Origin: Paraspadella gotoi | Taxonomy: Eukaryota > Animalia > Chaetognatha | DNA length: 64,000 bases | Direction of reading: 5' to 3' | Assembly: GCA_051294375.1 (NCBI GenBank) | Contig: CM119271.1 | Location: forward strand, 3,007,061-3,071,060 | Part shown: positions 26,295 to 40,802 of the stretch, piece by piece | How positions within the stretch are numbered: the stretch's first letter is position 1 | Layout: every line of letters starts with the position of its first letter | Program-made: the position numbers and the translations under genes | Notes under the pieces: model-generated | Told to the model about the DNA's origin: nothing | Database searches by the model: none | What the model saw: the letters and a program-made list of their open reading frames with translations, nothing else

Positions 26295-27707
26295 CCCCAG
26301 CTTTAGACCTGACCTGACTGGACAAAGAAATTAGTCAAGAATCGAAGAGAAGAACCTATTAAAATGCATTGCCGATGGAGCACGCTATAAGTTTGTATCA
26401 AATTCTTGAACTCGATAAACTGGTTTGAGACTCCTTTATTACACCGACATGTTCGCCGTAGAACGAACAATGTAATCTGGTCTTAAAATTTAAAAATTCA
26501 AAAAAAATTTTTGACCTTTCCTATATATAAATAAATATTTAAAAATTAATTACTAGGGTATAGAGNNNNNNNNNNNNNNNNNNNNNNNNNNNNNNNNNNN
26601 NNNNNNNNNNNNNNNNNNNNNNNNNNNNNNNNNNNNNNNNNNNNNNNNNNNNNNNNNNNNNNNNNNNNNNNNNNNNNNNNNNNNNNNNNNNNNNNNNNNN
26701 NNNNNNNNNNNNNNNNNNNNNNNNNNNNNNNNNNNNNNNNNNNNNNNNNNNNNNNNNNNNNNNNNNNNNNNNNNNNNNNNNNNNNNNNNNNNNNNNNNNN
26801 NNNNNNNNNNNNNNNNNNNNNNNNNNNNNNNNNNNNNNNNNNNNNNNNNNNNNNTTTCTTGTTTAACTTTTTATGCTCTATCAGAATCTATCAACAAATT
26901 TTAAGATTTCAACAAAAAGTTTTCTCTATATAGTAATATAATAATTTTAATTAGGCTAGTATCCTCAGAAGAAAGCATTTTTGAACAAAAATATTTTAAT
27001 ACTGTAATCTATGCACTAAGCACTAAGCACATGATAGATTATTTTAATGCTGTATACATTAGTATTTAANNNNNNNNNNNNNNNNNNNNNNNNNNNNNNN
27101 NNNNNNNNNNNNNNNNNNNNNNNNNNNNNNNNNNNNNNNNNNNNNNNNNNNNNNNNNNNNNNNNNNNNNAAAAGAGAGAAGAATTTTTTTATATTCGTAC
27201 AAATTAGTTTTGAAAAGAAAAAATATTTGACGGCTCTGCCGGAGAAGCTGTTGAAAAAATAGTTGAAGTTGAAATTTTTTTTTTTTCGAAAAAAAAAAAG
27301 ATGAATCTCTGGTGATTTTAGATAGAAGTTAAAACTTGGAGTGGGGAAATAGGGAATCTGGGGGAGGGTAGTGAAACCTCGATCAAGCATGAAATGGGAA
27401 AATGAGAGGGAGAAAGCATAGTGTAAAATACAAAATCATATTTTTTTTTTAAACTATTAATTTTAATTTTAATGAAGGATTGACAAATAACGATTAAAAT
27501 TTATTATTGGATCAACTGTGCGAAGTACGAACTAGTAAAAACCGAATTCTTAATGATACATTTGTTCATGCTAATATTTTTTTTTTATCCTTAGGGTATT
27601 TTTCGTAATTCGATTAATTCGTGAGAATAAAAAAAATGTCTTCATCGCAAAGTTTTTCTCATTAATTATTCTTCATCTGGGACTAAAGAAAAATCTTCTA
27701 ATATAAC

Positions 27708-28619
27708 TAGCCATAGCCGATGAAATTTAAATGCTATGTATACAGCGTTAAAATATATATCATGACTATAGATTTTGATATTTAAAATATTTTTTGTCAA
27801 AATTGCTTTCTTCTGAGGGTACTCGCCTAATATAAAATATTATATTACTATATAGAGCAAAAAATATTTTTTTTAAATCTTAAATTTTTTGATGGATTCT
27901 GATAGAGCATAAAAAGTTAAACAAGAAATATAATTACAGCTTTTTAAAAATTCTTACGTTTTCTAAGTGAAAAATATAAAAAAACTGATAAAATCATCGA
28001 AAATAATAATGATGATGATTTTTTATATTTTTTTCTTATTTTTGACACACTTATCGTAAAAATATTTAAAAATGAATCATACTTTGTGTAAACAACTTTT
28101 TATGAGCTATCTGAATCTGGTCTTAAAATTTAAAAATTCAAAAAAAATTTTTGACCTTTCCTATATATAAATAAATATTTAAAAATTAATTACTAGGGTA
28201 TAGAGCCATATTATAAATTTTTTGTCCATTGAAAGTATTCTAAAAATGTCTAAATATTCGTTTGAGCATGTACTCACTCTAAATTTTTGACTCACCCCAT
28301 TGAGTGCGGCTACCCTAATATAACTAGTTGTAGGTAAACTGATTTAAACAAGAAGGGATATTTCCAATTCATGACCCTTTCGATATATTCTTGTTTAACT
28401 TTTTATGCTCTATCAGAATACTATCAACAATTTTAAGATTTCAACAAAAAGTTTTCTCTATATAGTAATATAATAATTTTAATTAGGCTAGTATCCTCAG
28501 AGAGAAAGCATTTTGAACAAAAATATTTTAATACTGAATCTATGCACTAAGCACTAAGCACATGATAGATTATTTTAATGCTGTATACATTAGTATTTAA
28601 ATTTCATCGGCTTTGGCTA
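27708..28619. mobile_element. Second copy of the same MITE-like element, within a duplicated block (24815-26460 vs 27180-28780)
   Basis: Same termini and near-identical flanks; duplication borders N gaps, so probably redundant assembly. Confidence 0.65.
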
Positions 28620-28976
28620 CCCCAGCTTTAGACCTGACCTGACTGGACAAAGAAATTAGTCAAGAATCCGAAGAGAAGAACCTATTAAAATGCATTGCCG
28701 ATGGAGCACGCTATAAGTTTGTATCAAATTCTTGAACTCGATAAACTTGTTTGACTCCTTTATTACACCGACATGTTCGCTCTGTAGTACGAAGCAAAAA
28801 AAATTGTACTCTGTGTCTGTCTGACTCAAAAATGAAATAACCACAAATGCATATATAGGTTTTTGTTTTCCTTATAAATGTATATCAGTTTCCAAATCAA
28901 AGTGAAACAAAATAAAATATTCCAACTACTCAATTAAAAGCTTGAGACAAATATCGCTTCACCTTCTGTTACGCTT

Positions 28977-31900
28977 TCAAAACTCTGTCTCTATGGCAAC
29001 GGCGAAACGCAACAACGCCAGAAACTCTGACGACGACTTCGATCTCGCGGCAACCGTGACTTTGCTTCCTGGAGATCCGGATGTAATTCGGCCACGCCAG
29101 ACGCCTCGCCTTTCTTTTTCGGTTACATCCGAGATTTCGAAAAAAGTTTGGTTTGTGCCTAGAACAGTTTAATTGAGTGTGGTTAAATATAAAACTAAAT
29201 ATTTAGGTCCTTTGATTATTTTCCTAGTTTTTATTATTAATATTAATTCTTATTCTTATTATTATTGTTTATTATTAATTGATTGATTTGTTTATTTTTG
29301 GCTTTTTTCATTCTCATTTATTTTCTTTACCTATTTCTTCTGCTTTCTGTTTTTTTTTATTTTGTTATATTTTTTTATATTTTTTTTTCACTTTTCTGTT
29401 TCATTTTTTTCTGTCTCTTTCTCTTTTTTTCTTTCTCCCTGTCTTTTTTTTTTCTCTGTTCAAACTTACCACAAAACGCCACTACAGCTTCCGCAAATGG
29501 ACACACGAGGGCAGCATCGCATTCGGATTCCGCCTTTAAGATTCCATCGGTCGGAGAAACAAGAAGACAACCGGTCGACCAACTTTCGAAAGTCTGCGGA
29601 AATGGCTCTAAAAGAATTGGGGGGGGGGGAAAAAAGAGCAAAATAGATTCTTTATTTATCAAAATTTTAATACGAAAAATCGAAACATTTTTGATAATAA
29701 ATGTTGCCGTTTCTTTACCACTGATGAGTTATTAAGTAATAATACGAAATATTTGGCACAATTATGTTCGCCTCGAGCGCAATTGTCTCATATTGAAAAA
29801 AAACTATTTCATATCAAAAGTTGATCTAGATTTCAACTCAACTTACATTTAAAAAAAAAAACAAACTCACCGGTTTTTATTTCTCCCCCCGACGTCACCA
29901 ACGCGGAAAGAACTTCCCTGCACTCCTCCTCCTCCTCCTCCTCCTCCTCTCTTCCTCCTTCCTTCTTCTTCCTCCTCCTCTTCCCGAAAACCCTCAGCCG
30001 ATACCGCCCTCTCGCGGGTGGGCGCGCCACGACGCTCACCACGTCCGGCGCCACGAATTGACGAAAGACTCGCGACGTCAGATCATCTGACGGCGACGGC
30101 GTCGTTTCCGGCGACGCTTCCGACGACGGCGTCGTTTCCGGCGACGGCGTCGCTTCCGGCGAAGCCTCTAGAGTTTGGGTGAGGACGACGGAGTCGGCGT
30201 CGCGAAGGCGGAGGCGAATCTGAGAGGGGAAGTAGGGTTGATGTCGACGAAGACTTTAGAATACTGATTTTGACATTGTCATTGTTAATGTTAATGTTAA
30301 TGTTATTAATGCTGATGATGATGACGATGGTCTTGTTGATGAAGATTATTTTAATATTGTTGTCGTCATGATACTATTGTAGTTTTGTTGTTGTTGTTAA
30401 ATTCGTCTTTTATAATTCCGTTTCATGTTGTCGCTTACGTTTCATTTAAATGTTAATGTAAATCGATCGTTGTTGTTACTTTTTATGGCATGTTTTTGAT
30501 AAGTAGTCAAGTAGTTAACAATAGTTATTCATTATTACCCTTAACATCACCATCCTTAAATTCAACCTAATAACGACCTTCAAGAACTACTATGTACTAT
30601 CTACGTACAACCTTGACTTTAGCGGTGACTTTGTTGTTATGATGTTGAAGCTGCTAGAGTCAATCATAACCGTATTGTTGACGTCTCGTCTCACCTCAGC
30701 TTCTCCCGTCTCTTTATCGGCGACGACGCTAGCGCCACCGTCGATCAGCGTCAAACCAGCGCCTCGAAATCCGCGTTAGGTCCCCACGCATAGACGCTGC
30801 GCCGGAAACGGAAGCGGCGGCGTCGCGGCGTCTCGTCGTTTCGGCGCCGCAAGAGAAGCGTCGTCAGTGACGGAGTTGACGCGACGCGGATCGACGCCGC
30901 GCGCGGATCGGGCGGTGTCAGAGGAGCGCCGAAGAGACGGAGAAGAAAGGCGCCGGAAGTTGGCGCCAAACGCGGAGACGAGCCTCTCTGAGAAATAGAA
31001 ATAAACGATTGAATAATGAATATATAGATATGATAGATATAGATATGAATATATAGATATTAATATATAGATAAAACAATAATCATTAGTCAGCAACGTC
31101 CTGCAGCTTCAATACGTTGATATTGATTCCTAAAAAAATCTTTTTCTCAGCGAATATTCTCGTCGTTAAAAACGTATAGATGTTACAAACTCATTTTTCT
31201 GTTCGTTATCCTCGAAATAAATTTAATACTGTGTTACAAGTTAATCCCTTTCCGTATTACACAAATTAATCTTTAGCCAAGTCTTTCCGCTTCGCCCTCC
31301 CCACCCAACTGCCTCACCTGAACCCAGTCTTCATCTCCACGAAGAGACTCTCCCCCCTCGAGCGGCCCGTCGACTCCTCCACCAAATCCCCCATCAAATC
31401 CATCGCGACTTTCGAAGTCAAAGAGAATTCGATCTCCTCGTCCAACTCGATCGTTTGGTGAGGAAGGGTAAGTTCGATGCCGAGGCGAAGGTAGGTCGAG
31501 TGGACTGGTCACAGTATCGAATTTAAGATTGTTTAGTATTGCTCGGCTCAATCGGATAAAAAAAATCAAACAATCAATCAACTACCAATGAACTAATCCA
31601 TCACAAAAATAAATTCGTAAGAATAAAACCTTATATTAAAAGTTATTTAAATTTTTTTTTTAATGATCAGTTAATTTAGCAGTAAGCTATTCGTTCTAAT
31701 CGAGCTAATCAATCGATCAATAGACAAATCAATCAATCAATCGACAACAATCAAACGGCAACTTCAAAACATGGGTGTCATTACAACAACACGAATTACG
31801 TTTGATGATTATCTAAAGCTATCAATTGTAATGAATCAATCATGTCAAATCAAATCAAACGGCCAACAAAACAATAAAACAATCAAATCAAATCAAACCC

Positions 31901-33091
31901 AATAACAGATAGTTTCTTAGTATATTACAAAACGTGATTGAGTTCATAAATCTCATTTGCATATTGTAGTAAAAACTTTTTATTAGTATCATCGGTTTAT
32001 GTTCTGTTTTACAAAGCTTTTTTAGATGATCTGTCCAATGGATCGAAATATTGGTCATAAATAAAAATACTGTACCTGTACTCCCATGTGTAATCTCTAT
32101 CTAATGCTTTTTTTATATTGTTTTAACCGCATTGTCTTGTATATTCATAAATAATCCGATCCCCAAACCTTTGGGAAATCCGTTGAACTCGTCCAGCTCG
32201 ACCGGATCCTCCATCAGTTGCCACGAGTCGAACACATCGTCTTCCTCGTAAAGGCTCGTGGGAAAATGATCCAACGCGAAGACGTTGGGCGCCGCGAGGA
32301 AGTAGCGCTCGTCGAAGCGGCGATGGAAGAGGCCGCCGGCGTCGACGTAACCAGCGGACCAAGTCGTGTCCAGGAGGTACCTTGGAATTTGGATAGTGAT
32401 GATGATGATCATGATTATGAATTAATGATGATGATGATAATTTAGGAGCATGAAAAATTGAAAATGGATGACGCTGAAATTGATGATTAAGAATTGATGA
32501 TGATGATTATGATGATGATGATTATGTTGATTATCATGATGATCATGATGATGAATTAATGATGATGATGATTTATGAGCATGAAAATTGAAAATGATGA
32601 TGCTGAAGTTGATTATTAAAAATTGATGATGATGACGATGATGATGATGATGATAAATTGATGATGATGATGAATTGACAAGGATGAAGAATTGATAACG
32701 ATAAAGAGGATGACGACGATGATCTAAGATGTTTATTCAGCAAAATCATTATCTTCTTTCATCACGATAAACTTGTAAAATAATATGAATTATAATAAAT
32801 AATAAATTATAATTATAAACCCGAACTTTGACAACGATAAAAGACAACGACAATCAAATTTTCAAGGTGCCGCATCGCGCATGCGCAGCTCGTCACGATC
32901 CTCACCATCTTCCTTCCAGATTCACGGCGGACCAAGCTGATCTGGCTCGTCGTCGCGCGAGAAATTCCGGCCCGGCGTCCACGAGCGCCCCTTGGAGAAA
33001 CCGGAAATGGAACGAGACTCAACGCCCATCGATCTGGAGGGAGGGAAGAGAGAGAGAGAGAGAGAGAGGAGGAGAGAAGAGAGAGGGAGAG

Positions 33092-33155
<64 letters not shown>

Positions 33156-33614
33156 GAGAGAGAGATTTTTCAAGTTTTAGAATATATTTGTTTTGTTTCG
33201 CTCAATCGTTTTTAAGTTTCAGCTCGATTTATGGTCTGTCGTCGTTGTTGTTGTCGTCGTCCTCACTTTGCCAGTTGATCGAAGAGACCGGAATATCCGG
33301 CGCAGGATCCCTTGCCCGTCGTAAGGGCGCCGTTTTTGTCCGCTTCGACGGGCAATCCCTCGCCGACGCCCTTCACGCCGCCCTGGCCGCGACCCGTTTC
33401 TTCGGTGTCGTAAGAAATGTTGACGGCGATCCACCTTCGAGGATTTTTAGAGTTTGAAAATGTAACCCAACTGTTAATGGATAAAGTCTTTATGATTTTC
33501 TCCCATANNNNNNNNNNNNNNNNNNNNNNNNNTATGTTAATAAACAACAATATACGTTACAAGTTAAAAGACGCTTTCCCACACACACCTCCGCACTTCT
33601 TCTCGGTTCAAGTG

Positions 33615-33686
<72 letters not shown>

Positions 33687-36600
33687 ACTCGAGTTTACCT
33701 GAAACGCCTGAGTCTGACTTTCTCCGCTTTGTTGAGCCGCCCTCTAACGGACAGGCGGAGAGATAAGACGCGCCAGGACGCCACGGATTTACGAAGCGAA
33801 GCGGGCGCCTGAGATTCAGACATTTATATATATTTAATTATTTATTTATATTTATTTTGTTTGTTTTCTTTATTATTTTGTTTATTTATTTATTTTGTTT
33901 TATTCATCTATTTATTTATTTGGTTGATTTATTCATTATTTATTAATTTCGATTCATTCATTATTTATTTGTTTTATTCATTTTTTAATAATTTGTTTGT
34001 TTATTTATTTGTCTAATCTTTTTTTTATCTTTCATTTTTTATCTTTTTCCCTCTTCAACTTACCGCATCCGCGTGACTGTCCAACACCCGCATTCGATTC
34101 TCCTCGATTACGATAGGAATCCACGCGCGCATTTTCCTGTTCGTTAATTAAAAATCTAAACTTTAATTACCTTATTAAACTTCACTTAACTTTCTCTTAA
34201 AAGGAATCTCATAATCTTATTTGCATATGCAGTAATAACAGGCGTTAATTAAAATAAAAATTTGAAACAGTAAAAATTTCAATTTTTTTTACAATTTTAG
34301 ACCCTACTGGGTAAGTCGTCATTCCTCATTATTTTAAGAAAAGAGTGATGTTTCGTTTCCGTCACCGAAAAACATTCTGGAAAACTGTGATAGAGCGGCA
34401 TTGAGAAGGAAAATCATAACTATTTAATAAGGATTTAACCTCAGAGGGAAAATTTGTATAGGTGTTTATAATTTAGTCTTTATGAATAAGTTTTTAACGT
34501 TTTAGTAATGGTCCTAAATCTAGATTATGAATATAAGTGATCGCTAGTTCATGAGATTGAGGAACTGAATTAATCTAATTTATTAATGCTCACAAAATGG
34601 GAAGACAGTAGTTCCTTTTTTCCAGTTTCGATCCTTTTTGACATCATATATTTTTCGTTGCGCCGCCACTACTCGCGCGGCACTCGGGTGTCGGTGGTAT
34701 GTCTGTCGGTCCGTCTTTCAATCTGGGCATCCGTCTGTCTGTCAGTCTGTCCTGCTTACTCGATCACCTGGAACACACGTGTTAAGAAAGTCTCTGCGGC
34801 GCAACACATTGGAATCACCGTTCTTGTCATTTTTGAAATTTTAAGTCACTGAAGATAAAAGCTCGACTTCGTTAAATATACCGTTTCACGAAATCAGCGT
34901 CGGCGAAAAATTGACGTCACGTTTTATCAGCGTTGACGTCACCGTCGATGTCTTCGCAGATTGATGTCTTGATGTCTCCAAACCGGTTGATACCGGCGGG
35001 TCGACGGAAGAGGAATCGGCGACGAAGTGATCGACAGCGCCGCAAGTGAGTCGGGCTTTTCGATCTCGCAGTCGGCGACGCCGGCGGCGACGTCGACGTC
35101 GCCCTCCGTCGAGTTTTCCGCGTCGGCGAAGGCGGCGGCGACGTGGACGGAGCGGGCGGGCGAGTGACCGCCAACGCCGGCGGCGACGCTGACGCCACCA
35201 CGACTCGGGAAGAGGCGTCGATTGGATGGAATCGGTCGCAGTCTCTCGAGAAATGGAATCGTCTTTGTTGGAAGGCGACTCGGGAGTCGATCGATCGGAA
35301 AAGTACGGCGTTGAACGCGACGACGCACTCGTACTCCTCGACGACGTCGGCGACGCTGGCGGCGGCGTTCGCGATGCGGGCGGCGACGGTATTGGTTTCG
35401 TCCGAGCGAGGATTTTGGCGACGCACGCGGCGACGACTTCGACGACGCTGACGTCGTAGGCAATTCTCCATTACCGGAATCGATTGTTATCAGCGCCGCT
35501 TCCGATTCCGAATCATCCTCATCCTTTCGATCGCTTACCGGCGCCGTCTTCCAATTTGTTCCGTCTTCCGATTTCGGCGGCGGCTTCAACGACGATTCCT
35601 CCGCCGGCGGACGACGCCGCGGCAGCCGCGGTGGAGGCTGCGGCGGCGGCCGCGACGTTATCGTCGAAGCTTTTCCCGTGGCGTCGGCCAATCTCGGCGC
35701 CGGAACATTCGGAGAGGCGGATCGTCTTTGCGGCTTGGGAGACGTCGGCCGAGGCGGCGCCTTAGTTCCCTGTTTGTCTCGAGGAACGTCGAGCGCGCCT
35801 ACCGCCACTTTAAACGACTGCGGCGGCTGACGCGGTCTCGGCGGCTGACGCGGTCGCGGCGGCGGTGTTGGCTGCCGCTGGAAAGATTCCTCCGCGACGC
35901 TGTTCACCGGCGTCGGATCCGAAACCTTCGCAAGGTCCGCAGCTGCTCCACTGTCTCGCCTTAAAGACTTCGCAGAGTCGGTCGCGGCGGCGGAGCGGCG
36001 GAGGCTCTGCGGCGGCGGCGGTAGAATAAGTTGCTGCTGCCTGCGCGGACGGCGGCGGCGACGAGGTAGTTGTTGCGGTTCATTCTCGTCGAAGGGCCAC
36101 TCCACGATTTGATGAGAGACGCGGCGGCAGCTGCGGCCGCGGAGGTAAAGACGGCGCTGACTGATTTAAGGAGACGGTTGCATTTTCTTTACTGTTGTTG
36201 ATGTTATTGTTGTTGTTGTTGTTGTTGTCGCTATTGCTAATTTTACTGTGTTACTGGTGTTACAATCTTTTCGACTGCTTTGTCTTCGTCCATGTTATCT
36301 TTGTTCCTTCCTCGCCTTCGCTGCTGCTGCTACAGCTGCTTCGAATTATCCTACTGCTGCTGAGGTTCCCCTCAACTTCTTTCCCATCTCCATCCCTTTC
36401 GACGTCAGCGCCTCTCCGCCGTCGACTCCATCGCTTTCGCGTCTTTTGTTTTCTCTCTTTTCGATCGATGGACGCATAGCCTCGGCTCGACGCGCCCTTC
36501 CTCTGCCGTCTTCAGTTTGGCGCCAAATCGGCGTTTTGGCGTCGCGCCTCCTGCAGCGCCTCGTCCGATCGGCGCAAGGCGGCGCGGAGTGTGACGACGA

Positions 36601-39600
36601 GGGATTCGAGGTCTTGAGGCGGCGGCGTCGCCGGTTCTTGGAGAGGCGTCTCCATTTGAAGCGCGCGATGGTTTACTTGAAGTTTTTTTAGGCGGCGTCG
36701 TTTACGTCGACATCAAGTCGGCTGTAGTTTTCAGCCAATCGGAGGTCAGGATAATTGACCAATCGGACGTCGAGAGTTTCAACGATAACGATAAATAAAC
36801 GAATTCGCAAACGAAAAAAACTAACGAATTTGATATCAAAAATATCGAACTTTGTCGACGTTGAATTTTCAGGTTTGAAATCGTGTCTAGGAGAACCGGT
36901 TCGAGCCTTCAATTTCTGGTTGTTATTGCTACTTTGAAGGTTTAGTCATTATTTTTTTATAACCGAAACCACATTTTACTAATGCGGCGAAATTAGACGT
37001 GAACTAAAAATACTTTATTACAAATGAGAATAAGTAAGATGAACTGTTGGACTGATGGACTGTTTGTTACTGGTCTTGTTTGAATATATATCCTCTTTTC
37101 GTTGTGTATTTGAATTTAAGGAAAAACAGTTTTTTTTTGGCGAAAAACAACTATTAAACAAATCGTTGTTTTTCGCCAATAAATATAGCAAAAAAGAATT
37201 TCTATACAGTATACAGTATACACTATACAGTGTCCAGTTGCCAAGAGTTACGATGATGGAGACAATTCTCTGAAGAACATAATCCAAAAGACTCATTGAT
37301 TACCGATGCATATGTTCGTCAGTTGGCGTCCCCCGTTCTCTTGTGTATTCATATTCACAGATTCTACACAGTGGGCACATTGTGGTTCGTCCTGCGTCCC
37401 GTGTGCGTTAACTGACATTGTGGTCTACGCGTAAGAGGGTCTCGTGCTTCTCAACCCGGCCGGCGCCCTCCGGCATCCGCCACAACAATCCCCTCTAACA
37501 GTGGTGCATCGTCCTATCCATCTTCGTGTGGAGAACACCCCTAGAGGTCGACAGTTCAAACACTCTTCTCTCTGCAGTGCTGTAAAGAGAGATCGTACGC
37601 ACTTACTGTACTTAATAGCTGCAATCAGCCTTTGGCAGCAGTTTTTGACGCCACGGATTTACGAAGCGAAGCGGGCGCCTGAGATTCAGACATTTATATA
37701 TTTAATTATTTATTTATATTTATTTGTTTTGTTTTCTTTATTATTTTTGTTTTATTTATTTATTTTGTTTTATTCATCTATTTATTAATTTGGTTTGATT
37801 TATTCATTTATTTATTAATTTCGATTCATTCATTAATTTATTTTGTTTTATTCATTTCTTTAATAATTTGTTTGTTTATTTATTTGTCTAATCTTTTTTT
37901 TTTTACTCTATTTTTTATCTTTCATTTTTTTTCCCTCTTCAACTTACCGGCATCCGCGTGACTGTCCAACACCCGCATTCGATTCTCCTCGATTACGATA
38001 GGAATCCACGCGCTTTTCCTGTTCGTTAATTAAAAATCTAAACTTTAATTACCATTATTAAACTTCACTTCACTTTTCTCTTAAAAGGAAATCTCATAAT
38101 CTTATTTGCATATTGCAGTAATAACAGGCGTTAATTAAAATAAATTTGAAACAGTAAAAATTTCAATTTTTTTTACAATTTTTTAAGACCTACTGGGTAA
38201 GTCGTCATTCATCATTATTTTAAGAAAAGAGATGATGTTTCGTTTCCGTCANNNNNNNNNNNNNNNNNNNNNNNNNNNNNNNNNNNNNNNNNNNNNNNNN
38301 NNNNNNNNNNNNNNNNNNNNNNNNNNNNNNNNNNNNNNNNNNNNNNNNNNNNNNNNNNNNNNNNNNNNNNNNNNNNNNNNNNNNNNNNNNNNNNNNNNNN
38401 NNNNNNNNNNNNNNNNNNNNNCGGCATTGAGAAGGAAAATCATAACTATTTAATAAGGATTTAACCTCAGAGGGAAAATTTGTATAGGTGTTCAATAATT
38501 TTAGTCTTTATGAATAAGTTTTTAACGTTTTAGTAATGTTTATTTTAATGGTATATAATAATTAATAATAATAATAATATATAATAATTTTGTTATCGAT
38601 TTTGTTAATACTGTTTTTGGTATTCATAAAAAAAAATGTGTCCTAAATCTAGATTCATGAATCAAGTGATCACTAGTTCATGAGATTGAACTGAATTTTC
38701 AATGCTCACTAAAATTGGAGAGTACAGTTAGTGTATATCTTGTTTTTTTCAGTTTCGATCCTTTTTGACAATATATTTTTCGTTGCGCCGCCACTACTCG
38801 CGGGCACTCGGTGTCGGTGGGTATGTTTCTGTCGGTCCCTTTTCAATCTGGGCATCCGTCTGTCTGTCAGTCTGTCTCTGCTTACTCGATCACCTGAGAA
38901 CACACGTGTTAAGAAAGTCTCTGCGGCGCAACACATTGGAATCACCGTTCTTGTCATTTTTGAAATTTTAAGTCACTGAAGATAAAAGCTCGACTTCGTT
39001 AAATATACCGTTTCACAGAAATCAGCGTCGGCGAAAAAATTGACGTCACGTTTGATCACGCGTTTGACGTCACCGTCGATGTCTTCGCAGAGTGGATTGT
39101 TTGATGTCTCCAAACCGGTTGATACCGGCGGGTCGACGGAAAGAGGAATCGGCGACGAAGTGATCGACAGCGCCGCCAAGTGAGTCGGGCTTTTCGATCT
39201 CGCAGTCGGCGACGCCGGCGGCGACGTCGACGTCGCCCTCCGTCGAGTTTTCGGCGTCGGCGAAGGCGGCGGCGACGTGGACGGAGCGGGCGGGCGAGTG
39301 ACCGCCAACGCCGGCGGCGACGCTGACGCCACCACGACTCGGGGAAGAGGCGTCGATTGGATGGAATCGGTCGCAGTCTCTCGAGAAATGGAATCGTCTT
39401 TGTTGGAAGGCGACTCGGGAGTCGATCGACCGGAAAAGTACGGCGTTGAACGCGACGACGCACTCGTACTCCTCGACGACGTCGGCGACGCTGGCGGCGG
39501 CGTTCGCGATGCGGGCGGCGACGGTATTGGTTTCGTCCGAGGCGAGGATTTTGGCGACGCACGCGGCGACGACTTCGACGACGCTGACGTCGTAGGCAAT

Positions 39601-40802
39601 TCTCCATTACCGGAATCGATTGTTATCAGCGCCGCTTCCGATTCCGAATCATCCTCATCCTTTCGATCGCTTACCGGCGCCGTCTTCCAATTTGTTCCGT
39701 CTTCCGATTTCGGCGGCGGCTTCAACGACGATTCCTCCGCCGGCGGACGACGCCGCGGCAGCCGCGGTGGAGGCTGCGGCGGCGGCCGCGACGTTATCGT
39801 CGAAGCTTTTCCCGTGGCGTCGGCCAATCTCGGCGCCGGAACATTCGGAGAGGCGGATCGTCTTTGCGGCTTGGGAGACGTCGGCCGAGGCGGCGCCTTA
39901 GTTCCCTGTTTGTCTCGAGGAACGTCGAGCGCGCCTACCGCCACTTTAAACGACTGCGGCGGCTGACGCGGTCTCGGCGGCTGACGCGGTCGCGGCGGCG
40001 GTGTTGGCTGCCGCTGGAAAGATTCCTCCGCGACGCTGTTCACCGGCGTCGGATCCGAAACCTTCGCAAGGTCCGCAGCTGCTCCACTGTCTCGCCTTAA
40101 AGACTTCGGCAGAGTCGGTCGCGGCGGCGGAGGCGGCGGAGGCTGCTGCGGCGGCGGCGGTAGAATAAGTTGCTGCTGCTGCGCGGACGGCGGCGGCGAC
40201 GAGGTAGTTGTTGGCGGTTCATTCTCGTCGAAGGGCCACTCCACGGATTTTGATGAGAGACGCGGCGGCAGCTGCGGCCGCGGAGGTAAAGACGGCGCTG
40301 ACTGATTTAAGGAGACGGTTGCATTTTCTTTACTGTTGTTGATGTTATTGTTGTTGTTGTTGTTGTTGTCGCTATTGCTAATTTTACTGTTGTTACTGGT
40401 GTTACCAATCTTTTCGACTGCTTTGTCTTCGTCCATGTTATCTTTGTTCCGTTCCTCGCCTTCGCTGCTGCTGCTACAGCTGCTTCGAATTATCCTACTG
40501 CTGCTGAGGTTCCCCTCAACTTCTTTCCCATCTCCATCCCTTTCGACGTCAGCGCCCTCTCCGCCGTCGACTCCATCGCTTTCGCGTCTTTTGTTTTCTC
40601 TCTTTTCGATCGATGGACGCATAGCCTCGGCTCGACGCGCCCTTTCCTCTGCCGTCTTCAGTTTGGCCGCCAAATCGGCGTTTTGGCGTCGCGCCTCCTG
40701 CAGCGCCTCGTCCGATCGGCGCAAGGCGGCGCGGAGTGTGACGACGAGGGATTCGAGGTCTTGAGGCGGCGGCGTCGCCGGTTCTTGGAGAGGCGTCTCC
40801 AT
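28977..40802 (-). CDS. KY/hillarin-like transglutaminase-fold protein, paralogue 2
   Basis: Long coiled-coil + Pro/Ser-rich first exon (40802-~39040); RWIAVNISYD..KGSCAGYSGLFDQLAK (33270-33436); ISGFSKG..D(H)AWSAVNLEGRW (~32905-33010, 1-nt slip); YLLDTTWSAG..DHFP..WQLMEDPV (32165-32380); Ig-like repeats (PPARGRYRLRVFGK); terminal exons WSTGCLLVSPTDGILK and VWRGRI..FLALLRFAVAIETEF* (stop 28977). Confidence 0.8.
32398..32722 (+). repeat. (GAT)n-derived low-complexity intronic repeat
   Basis: Directly visible, with an internal ~130-bp duplication. Confidence 0.8.

Noticed and set aside
33779-37649. Apparent third KY-like gene or pseudogene copy
   Set aside because: Near-identical to 37655-41799 including introns, differing mainly by scattered 1-bp indels; more likely an unpolished redundant read or haplotype than a real paralogue.
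39277-40764. Long antisense ORFs over GC-rich exons (also 47954-49451, 21989-22570, 43325-44500)
   Set aside because: Expected shadow ORFs of CpG-rich, stop-poor coding sequence on the other strand.
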